Positions 1 to 8,500 of a stretch of DNA of 64,000 nucleotides are shown here, piece after piece. The position numbers and the translations under genes are program-made. Positions within the stretch are counted from its first letter, which is position 1; each line of letters starts with the position of its first letter. Below the pieces are notes generated by a model. That model ran no database searches, was not told the DNA's origin, and saw nothing but the letters and a program-made list of their open reading frames with translations. The stretch spans positions 1 through 64,000 of the forward strand of contig JBCBZT010000044.1 of the NCBI GenBank assembly GCA_039815185.1, written 5' to 3'. This DNA is from Cyanobacteria bacterium P01_A01_bin.123 (GTDB taxonomy: Bacteria; Cyanobacteriota; Cyanobacteriia; Phormidesmidales; Phormidesmidaceae).

Positions 1-3000
1 ACCTTTAGCGTAGGTGGAACCAGCCCCACGACCGTGGTACTGGGTGACATCAATGGTGATGGCCTGGAAGACGCGGTTACCACCGATGAAGGCTCCAACT
101 CCATCTCGCTTCTGATTAACGATGGGGCTGGCGGCTTCCTAGCAGCCCAAAGTTTCGCTTCTGGCGGCACTCAACCTGTTGAACTAGCACTGGGCGATGT
201 GAATAACGATGGTCGTTTAGATGCAGTTGCCCTCAATGTTGGTTCCAACAATGCTTCAGTTTTCCTCGGCAACGCCAGTGGCAGTTTTGATGCACAACAA
301 ACCTTCGCAGTTGGCAGCACGCCAGTTGGTTTGGGCATTGCTGATGTTGATAGCGATGGCAATCTAGATGTCTTCACCGCAAATCTGCAAGACCGCACTG
401 TCAGTGTCAACCTTGGTAATGGAGATGGCAGTTTTGGCGCACCCTCAGTAGGCGATGGTATTGGCAATCGACCTCTAGACATGACGGTTGCTGACCTCAA
501 CGCTGACGGTATTCAGGACTTCATCACCGCCAACGCTAGCTCCCGAAATGTATCGATTGGGTTAGGGAATGGCGTCGGCGGGTTCACTGTCACCAACTAT
601 GCCCTTGGGGCACGCCCGAATGCAGTCACTACTGGAGATATTGATGGGGATGGGGATCTGGATCTGGCTGCCTCAGACTTCAGCAATGACACAGTTGCCC
701 TCCTGTTCAATGATGGCAGTGGTAACTTTAGTGGTTTGACTAGCTTCGGTGTGGGTGACAACCCTTCTGATGTGTTGCTGCAAGATATCGATGATGATGG
801 CAACCTCGATATCTTGACTAGCAACGCCAACTCTGGTGATATTTCAGTTCTTACTGGCAACGGCAGCGGTGGGTTCACAGCGCAAACGCCACTGACTCCA
901 GCCACGGCTCCAGCTGGTCTAGCCTTCTCTGAAAATTTGGGTACCTCGGTACCCGATACTACCGCGCCGGCATTGCAAACCGCAGAGGTGGACGGTGCAA
1001 GCCTGACACTGACGTACGATGAAGCCCTTGATGGTGCATCCGACCCCTTGGGAAGTGACTATGGGGTCACCATTAACGGTGTGGCAGCGATGGTCACTAC
1101 AGTGGATGCCGATGGGACGACGGTGAGCCTGACGTTGGATACAGCGGTTGCCTTTGGTGATGTGGTGACGGTGGACTACACACCGGGTGGCACCCCTGTA
1201 CAAGATGAGGCGGGCAATGATGCAATTGCCTTGAGTGCCCAGGCGGTGACAAACAATACGGCTGAGCCTGACACCATTGCCCCAGTATTGCAAACCGCAG
1301 TGATTGACGGCATGAGCTTGGTTCTTAGCTACGATGAGGCGCTGGATGGCGCGTCTGACCCCGTAGTTGGTGACTATGTGGTTAGCGTTAACGGCGTGGC
1401 GGCTGGTGTTAGCACCGTTGATGCGGATGGGACAACTGTGAACCTGTCGTTGCTGACAGCGGTTAACGCGGGTGATACGGTAACAGTGGATTACACCCCC
1501 GGTGGTACTCCCGTTCAAGATATTGCCGGTAATGATGCGATTGCCTTGAGTGCTCAGGCTGTCACCAACAACACGACGGGAGCTGGGGGCGGTGGTTCCG
1601 GGCTCTCTAGTGTGATTGTAGCTAACCGATTCTCTGGGTCTATTTCTGTATTTGAAAGTGATGGCACGGGTGGATTTGGCACCCCAACCACATTTGCAAC
1701 GGGGACGCAGCCTTTTGCCGTTGCTCTCGGTGACATCAATCAAGACGGACTGGATGATGTGGTTGTCGCGAACCGAGGCTCGGATACTCTATCTTTGCTG
1801 ATTAACGATGGGACAGGCGGATTTTTAGCGGCCCAGGATTTTACCGTAGGGGCGCAGCCAGTACACGTTATTCTTGAAGACATTAATAGCGATGGTTATT
1901 TAGATGCCTTGGTGCCTAACAACAGCGGCGGTACCGTCTCTGTTTTGTTGGGTAACACCAGCGGTGGGTTTGACCCTCAAACAACTGTGGTCACTGGTGT
2001 CGGTCCTTGGGAAGTGGCTATGGCTGATATGAATAATGACGGTAACCTCGACCTACTGACCGTCAATGTGACGGATCAGGTGGTGACGGTCAACCTGGGA
2101 GATGGTCTAGGGAGCTTTGCAGCGACTAGCGGTACCTACGGTGTGGGTGCTCGACCAGAGGGTCTAGTCCTAGAGGATGTCAATAACGACGGCAACCTTG
2201 ACTTCCTAGTGAGTAACGCGAGTTCTCGAACGGTCTCTGTAGGACTGGGCGATGGCCTCGGAGGCTTTGCTGCAACGGTTGACTACGGCACAGCTGGGAA
2301 CAGTCCTAGCCCGATAGCGGTAGATGACCTCAACGGCGACGGCTTTGCTGATATTGCAGTTGGCAATACTGGCGCTGATACTCTGGCTGTTTTGTTGAAC
2401 AACGGCGATGGTACATTTGCGGCTCCCAACATATTCTCGCTGGGGGATCAATCCTTTGATATCATCCTTCGGGATGTCAATGGGGATAGCGCGTTGGATG
2501 TACTGTCGGCCAATGCCGGCTCAGACACTGTGACAGTCTTGGCTGGTGACGGTGCTGGTAACTTCTCGTTGTTGGCGACCCTCAACACCGAAATGGCTCC
2601 GTCTGATCTGGCCTTTGGCAATCTCAGTGGTGGTGGCGTGGTTGATCCAACTGCGCCGATGCTGGTGAGTGCAGTCGTTAGTGGTACTGCCAATAACAGC
2701 ACCTTGAAGCTGATTTACAACGAGCGACTGGATGGAGATGCGGACCCTGTGGCAGGTGACTACACGGTGACGGTCAACGGTGTTGCCCAGGCGGTAGCCA
2801 GTGTTGATGTGCTACCTGGCACTGATGCCGAGGGTACCAACGTAATCTTGACAATGGCTAACCCTATTGCTCAAGGGGATGTGGTGTCGGTGAGCTACAC
2901 TCCTGGCTCAACGGCGGTGCAAGATCTAGACGGCAACGATGCTGCTAGCTTCACCAACCAGGCAGTTACCAACCTCCGTGACTTTACTCTGACCTATTCC

Positions 3001-5151
3001 TTCATGACTGTTGGGGATGTCTTTGACTTCACTGAGTTTGGCTATACCTATGATGATGGCTACGTCACTAACTTTGATACGTTACCTACAGAAGCTGCTA
3101 ATACCACGAACTTAGCAGTTCGCAAAAATGCGGCAGACATGACCGAGGAGGAGATCGATGCCTATGTCAATGCCATTCTGACCCTTAAGGAGACGACTGT
3201 TCTGACCGATAACGGCATCGAAATTAGCCTCTATGACCAGTTTGTCGCGGCTCACGTATCTACCGCAGATGCAATTGGTCGTCAGGCCCCCGATGGCAGC
3301 ATAATGCGCAACCCAGCCCACGGCGGTGCAGGGTTTATGCCGTGGCACCGTTTGCTGCTCATAGAATATGAGAATGCATTACAGGCGGTGAACCCTAACG
3401 TCACGCTGCCTTACTGGGATTGGACTGATCTCAATACCACCATGAATGTGCTCTTACAAGATAACTTCATGGGACCAGCCGCCCAGGGCGATGTGACGAC
3501 AGGCTACTTTAGTGAGAGCAATGGTTGGGGCGTACGCAACGACCTCAGTGGTGGTCGGTGGACAGGGCTTGATTCTGGCACAGACGCTTTGGGTCGCGGG
3601 GTTGGCGTCCAAGTCCAGAACCCAGGTACCTGGGAGACCAATGTCCAGGCTAGTTTGGGACAAAATGGCTACAATCTCTTTGCGAATAATGTAGAGCGTA
3701 GCACCGGAAATCATAACAATGCTCACGGTTTTATCGGTGGCATTATGTCAAACGTGTCAGCTTCTCCCAATGACCCGATCTTCTGGATGTTGCACTCCAA
3801 CGTTGACCGGCTCTGGGCTGAGTGGCAGGTTAATAATCACTGGGGGAATAACTTCTACGTTCCAGAAGGGTCTGAAAGCTATGGACATAACCTAAACGAT
3901 CCGCTTTTCCTGTGGGACAACGGTGTTATTCCGATTGCGACAGATCTGCGTGACCTGTTACCCAAGTTCCCTGGCGCAAATGCCAGTGCAATTGTGAATG
4001 GTAACACCACGATTGAAGGAGACTTACAGAACAGCGGCGTGGTCACACCGGGCAGCTCTCCTGGCAAAATCCATGTAGAAGGGAATTATATTCAGGATGC
4101 TGTGGGTGAACTCACCATTGAAATTGCGGGTCGTAAGCGTGGCGAGAAATATGATTTCTTGAAAGTGGATGGCACCGCCTCTTTGGATGGCACCCTCAAT
4201 GTCTACTTCTTGGGTGACTTTGCCCCCCAGTACGGAACCTTTACTTTCTTGGCGGCTGACAGTATTGAAGGTGATTTCACTGATATCAATATCTTTGGCC
4301 TAGAGACGCCGATTGATTACAGGTTCTACAAGTCTGACGATGGCAAGGCTTATAAGCTCGAGATGATGGGCTTAGATGAGTCTGGAGAGTCTGGCTATGG
4401 TGTGGCTCAAACCTCCCAGGCACTTTATGAAGATACTGACTTGAACTTGTACAATCCCCGGTTTGGCCGTGGCTTAGATATGTACGTCTATGGCCATAGT
4501 GTCCACCATGGTTGGGACTACAACGGCGAAGATGCTCTGGTTGATCACTCAGCCCATGGCGGTGGCAGTGACTGGTATCTCCCTTACGACGTTGACATCA
4601 GTGAGTGGATTACTGCTCTGAATAATGGAGAAGCGATTCCTGAGGAATATATGTCTCCAATGATGCACGGTGATCACGGTGACCACGGCGGTATGGATCA
4701 TGGCGATCATGATATGGATGGTGACATGAATCACGATGATCACGGTGGCCAAGGTGGTATGGATCATGGCGACCATGATATGGATGATGATATGGCCCAC
4801 GGCGGCATGGATCATGGCGACCATGATATGGGTGGTGACATGAACCACGGTGATCACGGTGGTATGGATCATGGCGATCATGATATGGGTGGTGACATGG
4901 CCCACGGCGGCATGGATCATGGCGACCATGATATGGATGGTGACATGAACCACGGTGATCACGGTGACCAAGGTGGTATGGATCATGGCGACCATGATAT
5001 GGGTGGTGACATGAACCACAGTGATCACGGTGACCAAGGTGGTATGGATTATAGCGACCATGATATGAGTGGTGACATGAACCACGGCAATCACAGTATG
5101 ACTACGTTCTCAGGTGACTCACTTGAGAAGTCAAAGATGACCTTGATATAG
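1..5151 (+). CDS. Giant extracellular-type multidomain protein, 5'-truncated: FG-GAP/VCBS repeats, 3 SwmB-like repeats, tyrosinase domain, autotransporter-like beta region, His/Met/Asp/Gly-rich tail
   Basis: Frame is open from base 1 (TFSVGGTSPTTV...). Many GD(I/V)NxDGxLD repeats. Three 'APxLxxAxVxGxxLxLxYxExLD' SwmB-like units. Tyrosinase CuA (FVAAH, NPAHGG, FMPWHR) and CuB (HNNAH, PNDPIFWMLHSNVDRLW) motifs with all six His present. GVVTPGSSPG..GNYIQ segment follows. Confidence 0.9.
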   Translation, partial: TFSVGGTSPTTVVLGDINGDGLEDAVTTDEGSNSISLLINDGAGGFLAAQSFASGGTQPVELALGDVNNDGRLDAVALNVGSNNASVFLGNASGSFDAQQTFAVGSTPVGLGIADVDSDGNLDVFTANLQDRTVSVNLGNGDGSFGAPSVGDGIGNRPLDMTVADLNADGIQDFITANASSRNVSIGLGNGVGGFTVTNYALGARPNAVTTGDIDGDGDLDLAASDFSNDTVALLFNDGSGNFSGLTSFGVGDNPSDVLLQDIDDDGNLDILTSNANSGDISVLTGNGSGGFTAQTPLTPATAPAGLAFSENLGTSVPDTTAPALQTAEVDGASLTLTYDEALDGASDPLGSDYGVTINGVAAMVTTVDADGTTVSLTLDTAVAFGDVVTVDYTPGGTPVQDEAGNDAIALSAQAVTNNTAEPDTIAPVLQTAVIDGMSLVLSYDEALDGASDPVVGDYVVSVNGVAAGVSTVDADGTTVNLSLLTAVNAGDTVTVDYTPGGTPVQDIAGNDAIALSAQAVTNNTTGAGGGGSGLSSVIVANRFSGSISVFESDGTGGFGTPTTFATGTQPFAVALGDINQDGLDDVVVANRGSDTLSLLINDGTGGFLAAQDFTVGAQPVHVILEDINSDGYLDALVPNNSGGTVSVLLGNTSGGFDPQTTVVTGVGPWEVAMADMNNDGNLDLLTVNVTDQVVTVNLGDGLGSFAATSGTYGVGARPEGLVLEDVNNDGNLDFLVSNASSRTVSVGLGDGLGGFAATVDYGTAGNSPSPIAVDDLNGDGFADIAVGNTGADTLAVLLNNGDGTFAAPNIFSLGDQSFDIILRDVNGDSALDVLSANAGSDTVTVLAGDGAGNFSLLATLNTEMAPSDLAFGNLSGGGVVDPTAPMLVSAVVSGTANNSTLKLIYNERLDGDADPVAGDYTVTVNGVAQAVASVDVLPGTDAEGTNVILTMANPIAQGDVVSVSYTPGSTAVQDLDGNDAASFTNQAVTNLRDFTLTYSFMTVGDVFDFTEFGYTYDDGYVTNFDTLPTEAANTTNLAVRKNAADMTEEEIDAYVNAILTLKETTVLTDNGIEISLYDQFVAAHVSTADAIGRQAPDGSIMRNPAHGGAGFMPWHRLLLIEYENALQAVNPNVTLPYWDWTDLNTTMNVLLQDNFMGPAAQGDVTTGYFSESNGWGVRNDLSGGRWTGLDSGTDALGRGVGVQVQNPGTWETNVQASLGQNGYNLFANNVERSTGNHNNAHGFIGGIMSNVSASPNDPIFWMLHSNVDRLWAEWQVNNHWGNNFYVPEGSESYGHNLNDPLFLWDNGVIPIATDLRDLLPKFPGANASAIVNGNTTIEGDLQNSGVVTPGSSPGKIHVEGNYIQDAVGELTIEIAGRKRGEKYDFLKVDGTASLDGTLNVYFLGDFAPQYGTFTFLAADSIEGDFTDINIFGLETPIDYRFYKSDDGKAYKLEMMGLDESGESGYGVAQTSQALYEDTDLNLYNPRFGRGLDMYVYGHSVHHGWDYNGEDALVDHSAHGGGSDWYLPYDVDISEWITALNNGEAIPEEYMSPMMHGDHGDHGGMDHGDHDMDGDMNHDDHGGQGGMDHGDHDMDDDMAHGGMDHGDHDMGGDMNHGDHGGMDHGDHDMGGDMAHGGMDHGDHDMDGDMNHGDHGDQGGMDHGDHDMGGDMNHSDHGDQGGMDYSDHDMSGDMNHGNHSMTTFSGDSLEKSKMTLI
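4663..5097 (+). repeat. Coding tandem repeat encoding (DHGG/AHGG/DQGG)MDHGDHDM(D/G)GDM(N/A)H units
   Basis: About 8 near-identical copies of ggYatggatcatggcgaYcatgatatg within the C-terminal tail of the first ORF. Confidence 0.9.
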
Positions 5152-5170
5152 CCGGAGCATCATCAAGTGG

Positions 5171-5198
5171 GAGGGGGTGAGCAGTTGTTTACCCCCTC
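5171..5198 (+). terminator. Stem-loop after the giant tyrosinase gene (possible terminator or processing hairpin)
   Basis: GAGGGGGTGAGC-agtt-GTTTACCCCCTC about 20 nt after the stop codon. No clear U-tract follows. Confidence 0.5.
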
Positions 5199-5576
5199 GG
5201 CTCATACCTATAAATGATCTAGGTCAGTATGTTTTATCGTTATCCCCGAAAAAGACTAGAAGGCATTAATGAAGCGCGTTGTGAAGATTTCCTATGGGCG
5301 CTCAATAAAGGTCTGCTGGATGGAGGATCTTGGCTAAGCTGAGTTCATTCTGAAGAGTTCGATTAAGAGGCACTCCACGCATCTTAGGGGCGGACATTAT
5401 TGAATGTGAAGGGCTGAACCCAACATCTTGAATTTCTGCATGTAGATAAGACCTTAGATTCAGAGGTTGCTTCTGTTTTATCTATACGATGAACTAGCAA
5501 GAGAGCTTATATTGGGAATTCTGATATTAATTTAATTAGCGAGTGCAGCTAGCAGGAAATTTTTAAGGAGTTAAGT

Positions 5577-8500
5577 ATGTTTCTTAAGGATCAGCCCGTA
5601 TCTACTAAAGATAAAGACGAAAAATATATTTTTATCCATGATTTAAAGGCCAAATTAGCACATCATCATCAGCAAGAAGTTAGTCAGATTTCCGACGAAC
5701 AACTGGTGGAAACGTTGCTGCTAGATATGCCATCGGTTGAGGCTTGTACTGTTTTATCGCGACAATCTACCTCAGGGGCAACTGCGAAGATTGCCTACGT
5801 GGTTCTATCTGAACCTTTCTTTGCTGATCGGCTGCGAACTCATTTGCAGTCAGTTTTGCCCAATGAATGGGTACCTCAAAATTATGTTCCAGTCTCCACG
5901 CTACCGTTGACCGCAGATGGGAAAGTGGATAAAGCTGCTCTTGAGCAGCTTACCGTCATTGATGATGACCTAGTTGAAGATTGGGAAACCCAACTCAGCG
6001 CGATCGCAGAAGTTGATCAAGCTGCTGTGGTTATCCAACCCAGTTCAGGAGAGGAAGCGACGGTTCACATCTCCGATTTAATTCCTAACTGGAATCGCTT
6101 GCCTGAATCAGAATCAGACCCGCAAGTGGCGCTTGTTGAAGACGCTGATTTGTTGGAAGCTCAAAGCAGCTCTGATGCAGTAGGCTTGAGCTATGGAGGG
6201 GATTTGCCAACCGATCCAGAGGACATTAAAACCCTTCCTGCAATGCTGAAACGGGCTGCCCAAGTCCCTGGCGATCGCATCAGCTATCTACAAGCCGATG
6301 GCTCGGCGATGACCTGCTCGTATCGCGATCTGTTGGTAGAGGCTGAGTGCATTTTGGGTGGGCTTCGCCAACAAGGTTTAAAGCCTCAAGATAAAGTCAT
6401 TTTCCAACTCGAACTTAATCAAGATATCATCCCAGCTTTTTGGGCTTGCATTCTCGGTGGCTTTATCCCCGTCATTATGGGGGTGGCACCCACTTATAAA
6501 GAAGCCAACAGTGTTGTCGATAAGCTCTGCAATATCTGGAAGCTGATTGATCAGCCTCTGATCTTGACAACTGCTGGGTTACAAAACGCGCTGCAGAGCT
6601 TAACCCAGTGGCTACCAGCAACCGACCTGAAGGTGGCTGCGATTGAAACGTTGAGAACCCATGACCCCGATCAAACTCACCATGATTGTCAACCAGATGA
6701 TTTGACATTTTTCAATTTGACCTCGGGCAGTACAGGGATGCCCAAGTGTATTGGGTTAACCCATTGGAATTTGATTGCTCGGGCCAAGGGCACGAATCTC
6801 CTTTGTCACCACAACAAAGATGATGTAATTCTCAACTGGCTACCGTTTGATCATATCGGCAGCATTTCTGACTGGCACATTCGTTGCGTTTATTTAGCCT
6901 GTCAACTGGTCTATGCCTCAAAAGAGTATATTTTGGGACGTCCCTTAAACTGGATGGATCTACTGGCTCGTTACCGCATTACCCACAGTTGGGCTCCCAA
7001 TTTCGCCTATGCCCTAGTCAACGACAGCCTCAAGCAAGCGGCAGATCACACGTGGGATTTGAGCTGTGTAAAATCTCTACTGACGGCTGGTGAGGCGGTA
7101 TCCTCCAAAGCGGTAGAAAACTTTATTGAAAATCTATCGATCTATGGCTTTAAGAAAACAGCTGTGCGGCCCGCTTTTGGTATGGCTGAAATGGGTTCTG
7201 GAATTACCTATTTCCAGCCTACTGATGTACAGCCATTCCTGCGTCATGTGGTTGACAAAGCTTCGTTGAGCGGTGGTGGTTCGATTCGACGAGTTGATCC
7301 AGATCACCCCAACTGCTCAGTATTTACTGACTTAGGGCCAGTCATTCCAGGTGTATCTATCCGCATCGTCAATGCTCAAAGTGAGCTGCTACCAGAAGAT
7401 ACGGTTGGATATTTGCAAGTCAAAGGGGATGCCGTTTCCCCTGGATACTATAAAAATCCAGAAGTGAACAAAGAAGTTTTCTTGCCAGACGGTTGGTTTA
7501 ACACGGGTGACTTGGGTTTTATCTCTAACGGCCAACTGGTAGTGACGGGTCGGGCTAAAGAAACCATCATCATCAATGGAGCTAACTATTACAACCATGA
7601 AATCGAAGCCGTGGTTGAAACAGTAGATGGTGTTGAAGTTTCTTACACGGCTGCCTGTGCCGTTAGTGATGGTAGTGGGGCAACTGAGAAATTAGCGATT
7701 TTCTTCCATGCTGCTGACACTAGTGAAACGGCCCTGACACAGTTGATTCGGCAGGTGCGCCAAACTGTAGTGTCCAAAATCGCACTCAATCCAGATTATT
7801 TGATTCCTGTTGAGAAAGCTGCGGTGCCTAAAACGGCTATTGGCAAAATTCAGCGATCGCAACTTAGCAAGCGATTTGAAGCCGGTGAGTTTTCCTCCAT
7901 TGTCAAGCAGGTCGACTGCCTGCTCAAAAATTCAAATACCTTGCCCAATTGGTTTTTCCGTAAGGTCTGGCAGCCTCAGCAAGTCTCCACAGTTTCGGCT
8001 CAGGCTCAACCTGGCCCAACGCTAATTTTCTTGGATGACTTGGGTGTTGGGGCACAATTGGCTCAGATCTTAGGGACTCAAGGCTACGACTGTATTAGGG
8101 TTCAATTAGGCCCCGAATTTAAACAGACTGCCAGCTCAGGCTATCAAATTAACCCAGCCAACCCGGAAGACTATCGATGCCTGATCCGTGCTGTTGCCCA
8201 GACCCAAGGGCCCATTCGACAGGTTCTGCATCTCTGGTCATTAGCGGCACTGAAATCGCTATCTGCGGCTTCAGGTGACAGCAAAATGCATCAATGGCTG
8301 TATAGCGTGTTGTTCCTCATCCAAGCACTAGAGGCAGAACAACGCAATCCGCAACCTGTGCAGTGCTTGATTGGTGGCAATGCAGTCCAAAGCATTACTG
8401 GTGGTGATCCGGTTGTGGCTCAAAAAGCTACTGTATTGGGTCTGATTAAAACCGCTGCTCAAGAATTTGACTGGTTAGACTGTCGGCACATTGACCTGCC

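Noticed and set aside
4549..5094. Minus-strand 181-aa repetitive ORF, or a CRISPR-like array
   Set aside because: It is the antisense shadow of the in-frame His/Met coding repeat. There are no unique spacers and no cas genes.
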